NCBI GenBank assembly: GCA_965208575.1
Contig: CBDBOV010000005.1
Span: 544,001-608,000 of the forward strand
Direction: 5' to 3'
Source of the DNA: Spirochaetia bacterium
GTDB lineage: Bacteria; Spirochaetota; Spirochaetia; SZUA-6; Bin103
DNA length: 64,000 bases
Notes under the pieces: generated by a model
What the model was told of the DNA's origin: nothing
Database searches by the model: none
Seen by the model: the letters and a program-made list of their open reading frames with translations, nothing else
Part shown: in pieces, positions 39,453-52,136 of the stretch
How positions within the stretch are numbered: position 1 is the first letter of the stretch
How the letters are laid out: each line of letters opens with the position of its first letter
Translations under genes and position numbers: made by a program

Positions 39453-41558
39453 TCAGGAGGAGGGATCGGCGAGATAGACCTGCAGCCGGTCGATGGCCGG
39501 CGCGAAATCCTGCCGATCGGTCAGGGCAGCGCGGAACAGGTCGCCGCGGCGGGTCAGCATCTCCGGGACGTTGGCGATGGTGAACCGGCTCGGGTGCAGG
39601 TCGCCGTCCAGCTCGTCCCACTCCAGCGGCATCGACACCCGCGCGCCCGGCACCGGCCGCGCCGCGTACGGCGGCACCACCGTGGCGCTCCTGCGGTTCT
39701 GCAGGAAGTCGACGTACACCTTGCCGCCGCGCCCCCGCGGCAGGCGTTCCACGCTCGCGATGTCGGGCAACTCGCGCGCCACCACGCGCGCCACCGCCTC
39801 CATGAACAGCCGCACCTGCTCGTAGCTGAATCCGCCGGCCAGCGCGACGTACACGTGCAGCCCGGACGCGCCGGAGGTCTTGATGGCGGGGCGCAGGCCG
39901 ATGCCGCGCAGCACCTTGCCGGCCGTACGCGCCACGCGCACCGCGTTGGCGAAACTGGTCTCCTTGGCGTCCAGGTCCAGCACCGCGTAGTCGGGCACGG
40001 CCAGGCTGCCGCGCCGCGACAGCCAGGGGTGCAGCTCGATGCTGCCCAGGTTGACCAGGTAGAGCAGGGTGCGCAGGTCGTTGCAGATGAACTGCCGGGT
40101 GTGGCGGTCGTCCACCTCCACCAGCTCCACCCAGTCCGGAATCCCGGCCGGCGCCTGGCGCTGGAAGAACGACTTGCCGCCGATGCCGTCCGGGAACCGG
40201 TTCATGTGCACCGGCCGGTCGCGCAGGTAGGGCAGAAGGTGGTCGGCAACCTGCTCGTAGTACGCCAGCAGGTCGCCCTTGGTGTAGCCGTCGTCGGGCC
40301 AGTACACCTTATCCAGGTTGCTGAACTGGACGTCGGCCTGCTCACGTTGCCGGCCGGCGGCCGCCGACAGGGCGGCGCGCACCTCCACTTCGCGCGCCTC
40401 CGCCGACGCCTTGAGGGGCACGCGCCGCCAGTCGGACTGGGCTCCCGATCGATAGGTGCTGGCGGCGCGCTTGGCGATCAGGCCGTGGAAGCCGGCGCCG
40501 GCGGCCACCGCCGCGAGGCTCTCCCCGCCGGCGGTTACGTGGTCGGCATACAGCAGCGACGGCAGCGACGGCAGCAGCGAGCGCAGGAGCTGCTTGCGCT
40601 CCAGGAGCGGCAGGCCGCGCAGGTCCCACTCGTCGTAGTGCAGCAGGTCGAACGCGTAGAATGCCACCGTACCCGCCGGTGCCGCGCCCGGACCCTCCGC
40701 TGCGTGCCGCGCGGGTCTGCCGTGCCGGTCGAGGGCCACGATCACCCCGTCGAGCAGCGCCTGCGAGGCGCGCACGCGGGCGAGGTCGCCTTCCACGGCA
40801 GCGCGGATCGGCGCGGTGAGCGTGGCCGGGCTCCCGTCCGGCGTTGCGAACGCCACTTCGCCGCCGGTGACCGAGGCGAGCACGCGCAGGCCGTCGAACT
40901 CCAGCTCGAACAGCCAGTCCGGGTCGGAGAACTGCTCGTGGTCGGCGCCCGCCGCCATCGCGCGCGGGCGCGCCGGCATCGGTGCCGGGCGGGCGGGCGC
41001 CGGGTCGATCACCGGCGGCGCCGGCTCGCCGGGTTCGCGGGCGTAGCGGTCGCGCGCCTTGAACAGCAGCCACTCGTCGTTGCCGCTCTGCCCGGCGCGC
41101 GTGCGCACCAGGTGCCATTCGCCGCGCAGGCGGCGGCCGCGCAGCACCACCTTCACTTCACCGGCGGCGATGGCGGCGGCCAGGTGTTCCGCCTTCAGCA
41201 CTTCGTAGGAGCCGGTGTCCCAGATCAGCATGGTGCCGGCGCCGTACTCGCCCTTGGGAATGACCCCTTCGAAGGTGCGGTAGCGCAGCGGGTGGTCCTC
41301 GGTGTGCACGGCAAGGTGCTTGACCGCCGGGTCGTAAGAGAAGCCGCGCGGCACCGCCCAGCACACCAGCACGCTGTCGGTGGCCATGCGCAGGTCGTAG
41401 TGCAGGCCGCGCGCCTCGTGGCGGTGGATCACGAAGGTGCCGTCCGCCGCCGGGATTCCTGCCTCGTCCGCCGCTGCCGGCGACGGCCGCGGCTCCGGAG
41501 TACGGGCAAAGTCGCGCCTGGCGTCGTAGTCCGCGGTTGATCCTGGAGAGCCGGCCAT
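39453..41558 (-). CDS. ligD: LigD (phosphoesterase - degenerate ligase - primase/polymerase)
   Basis: PE: H.AR.LHYDLR, WAVP.G, TEDHP, YGAG. POL: NLDKVYWP, TKGDL..YY, RFPDG, DLD, KTSG..GLH, VDFLQN. The central ligase domain lacks catalytic residues. Confidence 0.93.
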   Translation of the reverse strand: MAGSPGSTADYDARRDFARTPEPRPSPAAADEAGIPAADGTFVIHRHEARGLHYDLRMATDSVLVCWAVPRGFSYDPAVKHLAVHTEDHPLRYRTFEGVIPKGEYGAGTMLIWDTGSYEVLKAEHLAAAIAAGEVKVVLRGRRLRGEWHLVRTRAGQSGNDEWLLFKARDRYAREPGEPAPPVIDPAPARPAPMPARPRAMAAGADHEQFSDPDWLFELEFDGLRVLASVTGGEVAFATPDGSPATLTAPIRAAVEGDLARVRASQALLDGVIVALDRHGRPARHAAEGPGAAPAGTVAFYAFDLLHYDEWDLRGLPLLERKQLLRSLLPSLPSLLYADHVTAGGESLAAVAAGAGFHGLIAKRAASTYRSGAQSDWRRVPLKASAEAREVEVRAALSAAAGRQREQADVQFSNLDKVYWPDDGYTKGDLLAYYEQVADHLLPYLRDRPVHMNRFPDGIGGKSFFQRQAPAGIPDWVELVEVDDRHTRQFICNDLRTLLYLVNLGSIELHPWLSRRGSLAVPDYAVLDLDAKETSFANAVRVARTAGKVLRGIGLRPAIKTSGASGLHVYVALAGGFSYEQVRLFMEAVARVVARELPDIASVERLPRGRGGKVYVDFLQNRRSATVVPPYAARPVPGARVSMPLEWDELDGDLHPSRFTIANVPEMLTRRGDLFRAALTDRQDFAPAIDRLQVYLADPSS

Positions 41559-41665
41559 CGCTACCGCGAGCACCGTAGCCACGCCGGTGAACCGTGGCAA
41601 GCGGCGTCGCGGCGTTGCTTCGGAGGGCCCCGCCGTGCGACCTTGCGAAGGCTGGCGGGCGACCC

Positions 41666-42067
41666 GTGAACGAACCACTACCGCAGCCGTACCTGGAGTG
41701 CATCCGGCGCTACAACGCCGGCAGCCATTGGCATGCGCACGAGGTTCTGGAGGATCTGTGGCGGGCGACGGAAGACCCCGAGCGGCGCCGGTTCTACCAG
41801 GGCGTGATCCAGTTGGCGGCCGCCTTTGTGCATGCCGAGCGTGGCAACATGCGCGGCGTGCGGCGGCTGTTGGCGAAGGCAGGCGCCAAGCTCGCGGAGG
41901 TACCCTCCCCCTATCTCGCGCTCGATGTCGGTGCGTTGCTGAAGGCGATGACGGAGGTCGATCGCGAAGCGCGTGCGGTGGGCGGCAGCCCGGGGCGTAC
42001 CTTCGACTGGTGCTGCAAGCCGCTGCTGGAACTGATGCCGGAAAGCCGCCCGCTGACGGAGGAGTGA
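41666..42067 (+). CDS. DUF309 domain protein
   Basis: YNAG..WHAHEVLEDLW..FYQGVIQLAAA..H..RGN. Confidence 0.88.
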   Translation: MNEPLPQPYLECIRRYNAGSHWHAHEVLEDLWRATEDPERRRFYQGVIQLAAAFVHAERGNMRGVRRLLAKAGAKLAEVPSPYLALDVGALLKAMTEVDREARAVGGSPGRTFDWCCKPLLELMPESRPLTEE

Positions 42068-43065
42068 TGCCACGGCGACAGAACGCACCGCGGAACGGGA
42101 CCGGCGCCGCTGTCCGCCTGCCCGCCGTAGCCGACCTGCATGCGGCCGCCGAACGCATCGGCCCGTACGTACACCGCACGCCGGTGTTCACCAACTCGTT
42201 CCTGGATGCGGAGAGCGGGGCGCGGCTGTTCTTCAAGGCCGAGAACCTGCAGAAGGTGGGGGCGTTCAAGATGCGCGGCGCCGCCAACTTCGTGCTGCAG
42301 CTCACCGCCGCCGAGGCGCGGCGCGGCGTGGTGACCCACTCGTCGGGCAACCACGGCCAGGCGGTGGCGGCGGCGGCGGGGGCCCGCGGCGTGCAGGCCA
42401 CGGTGGTGATGCCGCGCAGCTCGTCGCCGGTCAAGCGGGCAGCGGTGGCCGGCTACGGGGCGCGTGTGCAGTTGTGCGCCGACGGTGATACGGCGCGCGC
42501 CGCCGCCGCCGAGCGGATCGTGGCCGAGGAGGGCGCGACGCTGATCCACCCCTACGGCCACCCTCGCATCGTCGCCGGCCAGGGTACCCTGGCGCTGGAG
42601 CTGTTCGAACAGGTTGCGGCGCTGGACGCTGTGGTGGCCCCGGTGGGCGGCGGCGGCTGCCTGAGCGGCATCAGCGTGGCGGCGCGCGGCCTGCACCCGG
42701 AGATAGCCGTATTCGGCGCCGAGCCCGCAGCGGCCGACGACGCGGCGCGCTCCCTCGCCGCCGGGCGCATCATCCCCGTCGAGCAGCCGGCCACGGTGGC
42801 CGACGGCTTGCGCACCTCCCTGGCCCCGCTCACCTTTGCCCTGCTGCGCACGGGCCGGGTGGCGATCCTGACCGTATCGGAATCCAACATCATCGCCGCC
42901 ATGCGGCTCATCTGGACGCGCATGAAGCTGATCGTCGAACCCTCCGCCGCAGTCTCCCTGGCCGCCGTGCTCGCCCATCCGGAGCCGTTCCGCGGCCGGC
43001 GCGTCGGCATAGTCCTGACCGGGGGCAACGTCGACCTCGACCGCCTGCCGTGGGCGCCCGACTGA
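42067..43065 (+). CDS. PLP-dependent serine/threonine dehydratase / serine-racemase-like enzyme (no ACT domain)
   Basis: KAENLQKVGAFKMRGA, SSGNHGQA, GQGT, PVGGGG, VEPS, LTGGNVD. Confidence 0.92.
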   Translation: MPRRQNAPRNGTGAAVRLPAVADLHAAAERIGPYVHRTPVFTNSFLDAESGARLFFKAENLQKVGAFKMRGAANFVLQLTAAEARRGVVTHSSGNHGQAVAAAAGARGVQATVVMPRSSSPVKRAAVAGYGARVQLCADGDTARAAAAERIVAEEGATLIHPYGHPRIVAGQGTLALELFEQVAALDAVVAPVGGGGCLSGISVAARGLHPEIAVFGAEPAAADDAARSLAAGRIIPVEQPATVADGLRTSLAPLTFALLRTGRVAILTVSESNIIAAMRLIWTRMKLIVEPSAAVSLAAVLAHPEPFRGRRVGIVLTGGNVDLDRLPWAPD

Positions 43066-43146
43066 CGGCGCCCGCCTGCGCGCTCCGCCCGGCTCGATTA
43101 TGCGTTGCGTCAGGCGGCGCAAGGCGTTAGCTTACAGGGCGACGCC

Positions 43147-46100
43147 GTGAGTACTACAACACATCATATTCCCGAGCGGCCCTCGGCGGCTGCTCGCCAG
43201 TCTCGTGAGGCGGTGCAGAACGTCGCCGACTTCCTTGCCGACCTCGGACCGCGAGTGACCGGCGAGCTGCGTACCGACCTCTACAGCCGCATGCTGTACA
43301 GCACCGATGCCAGCATCTACCAGGTGATGCCGCATGCCGTCCTGATCCCGCGCAACGCGGACGACGTGCAGGCTGCCGTCACCCTGGCGCACGAGCGGAA
43401 CATCCCGATCGTGCCGCGCACCGCCGGCTCCAGCCTGGCCGGGCAGGCGATCGGCGAAGCGCTGATCATCGACTTCTCGCGTCATCTCGATGCCGTCGTC
43501 GAGCTCAACAAGGAAGAGAGTTGGGTACGGGTGCAGCCGGGCATCGTGCTCGACGAGCTCAACCTGTACCTGAAGCCGCACGGCCTGCAGTTCGGCCCCG
43601 ACCCGGCGAGCAGCAACCGCGCCGCCATGGGCGGCATCGTGGCCAACAACTCCACCGGCTCGCACTCCATCCTGTACGGCATGACCGCCGATCACGTGCT
43701 GGAGCTGGACACGTTCCTGAGCGACGGCACCGCCGCCCACCTGGCGCCGGTCGAAGACGGCGCGCTGGCGCAGTTCCAGCGGCGCCCCGGCCTCGAAGGC
43801 CGTCTGTATCGCGGCATCGCCGAGCTGGCGCGCGACAACGTGGACGCCATCCTGGCCGGCACCCCCAAGCACTGGCGCAGGTGCGGCGGCTACAACCTGG
43901 ACCGCTTCGTCGACGGCGCCTCGTTCCGCTACCCGCGCGATCCGCGCTTCAACCTGGCCAAGATGATCTCCGGCTCGGAAGGCACCCTGGCGGTGATGAC
44001 CGAACTGAAGCTGGGCGTGGTCGACCTGCCGACCCGCACCGGGCTGGCGGTGGTGCACTTCGACAGCCTGTACGAGGCGCTGTCGTCGGTGCCGGCGATG
44101 CTGGAGACGCGCCCGAGCGCCATCGAGCTGCTCGACAACCTCGGCCTCACCCTGTGCCGCGGCGTGCCGCAGTACGCGCGCCTGCTGTCCACCTTCGTGG
44201 AAGGCAACCCCGACTGCGTGCTGATCACCGAGTTTCGCGGCGAAACCGAAACGGAGCTGCGCGAGTCGGTGGACAATCTGCAGCGCCACCTGACCCGCCA
44301 GGGCGTCAGGACGCACACCGTGGCGGCGATAGATCCGCAGTTGCAGACCAACGTGTGGACGGTGCGCAAGGTGGGCCTGGGCCTGATGATGAGCATCAAG
44401 GGCGACTACAAGCCGATCCCGTTCATCGAGGATGCCGCCGTGCCGCCGCAGCACCTGGCCAACTACGTGACCGAGATCCAGCGCTTCTGCAAGGAGGTGG
44501 GCACCGAGCGGGTGGCGATGTACGCGCACGCCAGCGCCGGCTGCCTGCACATCAGGCCGCTGATCAACGCCAAGCTGGCGGCCGACGTGGAGCGGCTGCC
44601 GAAGATCGCCTCGTTCGCGGCGGAACTGCTCGGCCGTTATGGCGGCTCGCTGTCCAGCGAGCATGGCGACGGGCGCGTGCGAAGCTGGCTCAACGAGCAG
44701 TTTTTCGGGCGCGAACTGTACGGCCTGTACCGCCAGGTGAAGGGCATCTTCGACCCCGCCGGCATCCTCAACCCGGGGCAGGTGGTGGATGCGCCGCCGA
44801 TGACCCGGGATCTGCGCTACGGCGCCGAATACCAGGCGCTGCAGCAGCCCGAGCATCTCGACTTCAGCAGCGACCAGGGCTTCGACCGCGCGGTCGAAAT
44901 GTGCAATGGCGCCGGCATCTGCCGCAAGAAGACCGAGGGCACCATGTGCCCCTCGTTCATGGTCACCCGCGAGGAGGAACACAGTACCCGCGGGCGCGCC
45001 AACCTGCTGCGCGCCGCCATGAGCGGTCGCCTGCCGGCCGAGGAGCTGACCGGAGAGCGCATCTACGCCGCCATGGACCTGTGCATCGAGTGCAAGGCGT
45101 GCAAGGCGGAGTGCCCGTCGTCGGTGGACATGGCCAAGGTGAAGTTCGAGTACCTGGCGCGCTACTACGAGGCCAATCCGGTGCCGCCCCGGGTGCGCTT
45201 CTTCGCCGACATCGCCAGTGCCAGCCGGGCCGGAAGCGGCTGGCGCGCCCCGATCGTGAACGCCCTGCTCGGTGCCGCCCCGGTGCGCCGGCTGCTGGAG
45301 AAGACGCTCGGAATCAGCAGCAAGCGTACGCTGCCGCGCTTCGCCGAGCGGCCGTTCACGCGCTGGTTCGCCGAACGCGCCGCCTCCGGTCACGGCGTCG
45401 GGCCGGGCACGCCTTCCCAAACGCCCGCAACGGCGCCCCCCGCGCAACTCAACGGCGGCGCGTATGCGCCGGCGGCGAACGGCGCTCCGGCGCACGGGTC
45501 AGCCGCGCCGCCGCGCAGCGTGGTGCTGTTCAACGACACGTTCAACACCTACAACGAGCCGGAGGTGGCGATCGCCGCCGTCGAGGTGCTGGAGGCCGCC
45601 GGCTACCGCGTGGTGCTGCCGGGCCACTGGTGCTGCGGGCGCCCCATGGTGTCCAAGGGCCTGGTGGAGCAGGCGCGCGCGGCCGCCCGCGCCACGGTCG
45701 ACAAGCTGCACCCGCTGGTCGCGCAGGGCATGCCGGTGGTCGGCCTGGAGCCGAGCTGCATCCTCACCCTCAAGGACGAGTACCTGTCGCTGCTGCCCGG
45801 CGACGCCAAGGCGCAGGCGGTGGCGGAGGCGGTATCCACCTTCGAGGAGTTCGTCGCCGCCGAAACCGAGGCGGGCCGCTTTGCGCTGCAGTTCGCGCCC
45901 GACGCGGGGCGCGTGCTGCTGCACGGCCACTGCCACCAGAAGGCGCTGGTCGGCACCGGGCCCAGCCACCAGGTGCTGAACCAGGCCGGCTACAGCGTGG
46001 AAGAGGTGGACTCGGGCTGCTGCGGCATGGCCGGCTCCTTCGGCTACGAGGCGGAACACCTCGAGGTGTCGCTGGCCATGGCCGAACGCCGCCTGCTGCC

Positions 46101-46242
46101 CGCCGTCCGTGCCGCCGGCGACGACACCCTGATCGCCGCCGCGGGAACAAGCTGCCGGCACCAGATCGCCCACGGGTGCACCCGCAAGGCGCTGCACCCG
46201 GCCCAGATCCTCCGCAACGCCCTGTCCGCCGATCAGCGTTGA
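43147..46242 (+). CDS. FAD-binding / Fe-S oxidoreductase (GlcD-GlcF fusion type, YdiJ-like)
   Basis: YSTDASIY, GSSLAGQ, GSEGTL, EHGDG, CxxCxxCxxxCP, CCG domains, HGHCHQ. Confidence 0.92.
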   Translation: MSTTTHHIPERPSAAARQSREAVQNVADFLADLGPRVTGELRTDLYSRMLYSTDASIYQVMPHAVLIPRNADDVQAAVTLAHERNIPIVPRTAGSSLAGQAIGEALIIDFSRHLDAVVELNKEESWVRVQPGIVLDELNLYLKPHGLQFGPDPASSNRAAMGGIVANNSTGSHSILYGMTADHVLELDTFLSDGTAAHLAPVEDGALAQFQRRPGLEGRLYRGIAELARDNVDAILAGTPKHWRRCGGYNLDRFVDGASFRYPRDPRFNLAKMISGSEGTLAVMTELKLGVVDLPTRTGLAVVHFDSLYEALSSVPAMLETRPSAIELLDNLGLTLCRGVPQYARLLSTFVEGNPDCVLITEFRGETETELRESVDNLQRHLTRQGVRTHTVAAIDPQLQTNVWTVRKVGLGLMMSIKGDYKPIPFIEDAAVPPQHLANYVTEIQRFCKEVGTERVAMYAHASAGCLHIRPLINAKLAADVERLPKIASFAAELLGRYGGSLSSEHGDGRVRSWLNEQFFGRELYGLYRQVKGIFDPAGILNPGQVVDAPPMTRDLRYGAEYQALQQPEHLDFSSDQGFDRAVEMCNGAGICRKKTEGTMCPSFMVTREEEHSTRGRANLLRAAMSGRLPAEELTGERIYAAMDLCIECKACKAECPSSVDMAKVKFEYLARYYEANPVPPRVRFFADIASASRAGSGWRAPIVNALLGAAPVRRLLEKTLGISSKRTLPRFAERPFTRWFAERAASGHGVGPGTPSQTPATAPPAQLNGGAYAPAANGAPAHGSAAPPRSVVLFNDTFNTYNEPEVAIAAVEVLEAAGYRVVLPGHWCCGRPMVSKGLVEQARAAARATVDKLHPLVAQGMPVVGLEPSCILTLKDEYLSLLPGDAKAQAVAEAVSTFEEFVAAETEAGRFALQFAPDAGRVLLHGHCHQKALVGTGPSHQVLNQAGYSVEEVDSGCCGMAGSFGYEAEHLEVSLAMAERRLLPAVRAAGDDTLIAAAGTSCRHQIAHGCTRKALHPAQILRNALSADQR

Positions 46243-46254
46243 CGGTCGCTCAAT

Positions 46255-48024
46255 TCAGTCCGGCCCGTGCACGGCTTCGCATGACACCATTTCCCAACCG
46301 CGAAACACCACCGCCAAGCCGACGAACCGCACCGACGGGTAGCGACGCGCCAGGGATTCGTCGGCCAGATACCGCCGCAGTTGGGCGGCCGCCTCGCGCA
46401 CCGCGGCGCCGCCGCCGGGCTCGCCGGACTCGCCGCGCTGCAAGCGCTCGGAGCGCTTCAGGTAGTTGAGCTCGATCACGTAGCCGAAGCGCAGGCCGGG
46501 GTAGCGCACCAGGAACGGCTCCAGGCAGATATCCGCGTAGCCACCGCCGAGTTCGCGCTCCGAATGGAACAGGAAGTAGTCGGTCACGTTCAGATAGGCG
46601 GCCAGGAACCCCTGCACCACCTTCTCGCCGTCGATGTAGTCGCGGATGCCGGTCTGCCGGGAGATCGCCTCGCCCAGGAACTCCATGACCGGCCGCCAGG
46701 CGCCGCGGAACCCCATCTCGTGGGTCAGGCGACTGAAGCCGTACAGGTCGATGGAGAAGGCGCCGACGTCGCGGTATGCGTCGCGCAAGTAGCCATACAT
46801 CAGCCGCTTGACGGTCTGGTTCGGGATGCCGAGCCGCGGCACTCCGTCGGCCGCGCCGCGGATGCTCAGCAGACCGAAATAGTACAGCAGGGAGACGAAG
46901 TTCTCGCGCTGGTCCAGCCGGTCCAGCGGGAACCCGGTCTGCACCGGACCGTCCGCCGTCTCCTCGCCGATGATCTGCCGCAGCAGGTCGAAGTTGCCGT
47001 TCAGTTGCCGGTTGACCACCAGCAGATGGCGCAGCTTGCCGTAGTCGATGCGGACGTTGGTGTCGATCATCTCGTCAGGCGCCGGCTCGTTCGGCAGGGA
47101 CTCCTTGAGGTAGTACAGGACCATGTCGGTGTTGTAGACGCTGGGCTCGGCGCCGGTGGCGAACCGGTAGCCGTCATACCACTCGCGCATCAGGTCCAGG
47201 GCAGTGTCCACGTCCTGACCGAACGCTCCGTGCGCCCGATACATCTCCAGCAGGTTGCGCACCTCCGGCTCCGTGAAGCCCAGCATCTCGTTGAATCTCG
47301 ACTTCAGGCTGATGTTGGAGCCGATGTTGAAGCCGCTGGTGACGTCGTCCATGGTGATCGGCGAGACGCCGGTGATGAACAGGCGCTCCAGGCCGCCGCC
47401 GCTGCGTCCCGTCGCGACCTTCAGGACGGCGAAGAAGTTGCGGTAGAAGCCGCCGCCGTGGGTGAACGACTGGTACGCCTCGGCGCCGCGATGCGCAAGC
47501 ACGGTGTTGGCGAAGTTGTCGTACTCGTCGATGAGCACGTACAGCGGAATGCTCCACCTCCTGGCGTGCCGGAACAGTTCGTTGAGCTTGGCGTCGATCG
47601 ACGGCGGGTCAAGGATGCGCTGCGCCGCGTCGGCCGGGAACACGTCCGGATTGCGCTCGAGCGTGTCCCGTAGCTCCATGGCGCAATAGATCTCGAACTC
47701 CCGCTCCAGGGTTTCGAGCGTGTCGTTGACCGCGGAGAAGTCGAACCGCAGGATGACGTAGCGGGAGCGGTTCGGCGTGGGGTTGCGCCCGATGTCGGTG
47801 CCGGCGAACAGAGTCTCGAACCGGTCGGCCCGGTTGCGGTCGTAGTAGTGCTCCAGGAGGGACACCCAGCACGACTTGCCGAAGCGGCGCGGACGGATCA
47901 GGAACGCGTAGCGCTCCTCCTCCAGGTGGTGGAGGAAGCGGGTCTTGTCCACGTAGAGCCGGCGCTCCAGCCGGATCGCCTCGAAGTCGGCCCAGCCGTA
48001 AGGAATCCGCGGGTAGGTAGGCAT
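46255..48024 (-). CDS. AAA-ATPase-like protein with C-terminal PD-(D/E)XK domain
   Basis: RIPYG..DF, YVDKT, RPRRFGKS, LIDEYD, FITGVSP, WYDGY.F, IPN, GYADI..IELNY. Confidence 0.9.
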   Translation of the reverse strand: MPTYPRIPYGWADFEAIRLERRLYVDKTRFLHHLEEERYAFLIRPRRFGKSCWVSLLEHYYDRNRADRFETLFAGTDIGRNPTPNRSRYVILRFDFSAVNDTLETLEREFEIYCAMELRDTLERNPDVFPADAAQRILDPPSIDAKLNELFRHARRWSIPLYVLIDEYDNFANTVLAHRGAEAYQSFTHGGGFYRNFFAVLKVATGRSGGGLERLFITGVSPITMDDVTSGFNIGSNISLKSRFNEMLGFTEPEVRNLLEMYRAHGAFGQDVDTALDLMREWYDGYRFATGAEPSVYNTDMVLYYLKESLPNEPAPDEMIDTNVRIDYGKLRHLLVVNRQLNGNFDLLRQIIGEETADGPVQTGFPLDRLDQRENFVSLLYYFGLLSIRGAADGVPRLGIPNQTVKRLMYGYLRDAYRDVGAFSIDLYGFSRLTHEMGFRGAWRPVMEFLGEAISRQTGIRDYIDGEKVVQGFLAAYLNVTDYFLFHSERELGGGYADICLEPFLVRYPGLRFGYVIELNYLKRSERLQRGESGEPGGGAAVREAAAQLRRYLADESLARRYPSVRFVGLAVVFRGWEMVSCEAVHGPD

Positions 48025-48083
48025 GGCGGCTTACCGGAGCGGCTCCATGAGCGTTGTACGATTCCGGGCAGAGATCGTTGACT

Positions 48084-48605
48084 TCAACTCGTGCCGGACG
48101 CTCGGGGCGCTCGTCCGTTAGCGGTGAGGAAGGCGCCGGCGGCGTCTTCCACCGACTCCTGGATTGCCTGCAGTATGGACGTTCGGTCGCCGAGACCGAT
48201 GCGGCCGAAGCGGCGGGCGATCAGCATGCGCTGGCCGCCGAGCGGGGAGTGGACGGCGAAGTAGGCGTCGACCGCGTACACGAAGCTGTCGTCCCCCCGG
48301 TCGAGGCAGGAAACCGAGAGATCGAGGTAGAGCTGATCGAACAGCGAACTCGACAGGTTGAGGTGATGCGGCCCGATCCGGACGCCGGTCAGGACGGCAT
48401 CGACTATGCCCTCGGCATGCGCGTTGCCGATGGGGCAGTCGCTGTGCACGCCGTGCAAGTAGTACAGCTCACCCGCGTCACGGGTAGCGGCCTCGATTGC
48501 CTCCAGCACCCAGTCCGGAGAGTCGGCGAACAGGTCCGCGCCGGCGGACAGCAGGAACGCAACACCGCAAACAGCGGCGGCCAGGGCTCGGCTCATACGC
48601 GACAT
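48084..48605 (-). CDS. Hypothetical exported protein
   Basis: Signal-peptide-like N-terminus; protein-like composition; fills the gap between same-strand genes. Confidence 0.6.
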   Translation of the reverse strand: MSRMSRALAAAVCGVAFLLSAGADLFADSPDWVLEAIEAATRDAGELYYLHGVHSDCPIGNAHAEGIVDAVLTGVRIGPHHLNLSSSLFDQLYLDLSVSCLDRGDDSFVYAVDAYFAVHSPLGGQRMLIARRFGRIGLGDRTSILQAIQESVEDAAGAFLTANGRAPRASGTS

Positions 48606-48636
48606 GCGTCCATGGTGCGCGGCTCCGCCGCCGCGG

Positions 48637-49272
48637 TCAAGGCGGCAGCAGGTGCGCGCGGCCGAAGCCGCGTACCAGGTGGCTCGCCAGCCGGCGCCCG
48701 CTGCCGTCGCGCGGCGATCCGCGCAGGCGCATGGGCGCGTTCAGTCCGGGCTCTTCGGGGCGGCGCAGGTTCATCTGGTCGATGATGACCCCGCGGCGGA
48801 CGTGGTTGTGCAGGTAGCTGATGGTGCCTGCGCGGTCCACCGCCACCACCAGCCCCATGTGGGTCAGCTCGTCATCCCAGCGGCGGTTGCCGTTGCGGTC
48901 CCAGGTGTTGTCGAAGAACACGATGTCGCCGGGCTCGGGCCGGGCATCGGGCGCGGCCCGGAAGTAGAGACGGTGATCGAGCGTCATCCGATGGAGACGC
49001 GCCACGCCGTTGCCCTCGTAGCGGTGGAATTGGGCGCCCAGGTTGATACCGGCGGCGGCGTAGACAGCCAGCACGGCGCCGGTGCAGTCGTCGCGGTACT
49101 CGGTGCCGCCGACGTACAGCCGGTCCACCCCGATCAGGTCGTGCGCCGACCGCACCAGTGCCCGCTGGCGCTCGCTGAGCGAGTGCCGCGCAAGGGACGC
49201 CGGCGCGTAGCGCACGTCCCCGGTCGTACAGGCATTCAGCACCGCCACCGCCAGAGCCGCGCCTGCTGCCAT
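48637..49272 (-). CDS. NlpC/P60 (CHAP-like) lipoprotein
   Basis: LNAC lipobox, DCTG catalytic Cys, PGDIVFFD, THMGLV; only the 3' part of the long shadow ORF 48637..51843. Confidence 0.8.
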   Translation of the reverse strand: MAAGAALAVAVLNACTTGDVRYAPASLARHSLSERQRALVRSAHDLIGVDRLYVGGTEYRDDCTGAVLAVYAAAGINLGAQFHRYEGNGVARLHRMTLDHRLYFRAAPDARPEPGDIVFFDNTWDRNGNRRWDDELTHMGLVVAVDRAGTISYLHNHVRRGVIIDQMNLRRPEEPGLNAPMRLRGSPRDGSGRRLASHLVRGFGRAHLLPP

Positions 49273-49398
49273 CGCCGCCGCCTTCACGAGTTCTAGTATC
49301 GGCGCGAGGCGTGCGATCCGACGCCCGCCGGGAGGCGGATCGCTGGACGCGGACCGCGCGCGCGCATACTTTGTGGACCGGAGGTACCGCCGCCGATC

Positions 49399-52131
<2,733 letters not shown>

Positions 52132-52136
52132 TCAGC

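Noticed and set aside
38280-41540. 1086-aa plus-strand ORF
   Set aside because: Antisense shadow of the PhyH gene and ligD.
41559-42434. N-terminal 292 aa of the 993-aa LigD ORF
   Set aside because: Overlaps the DUF309 and dehydratase genes on the other strand; LigD homology starts at the ATG at 41558.
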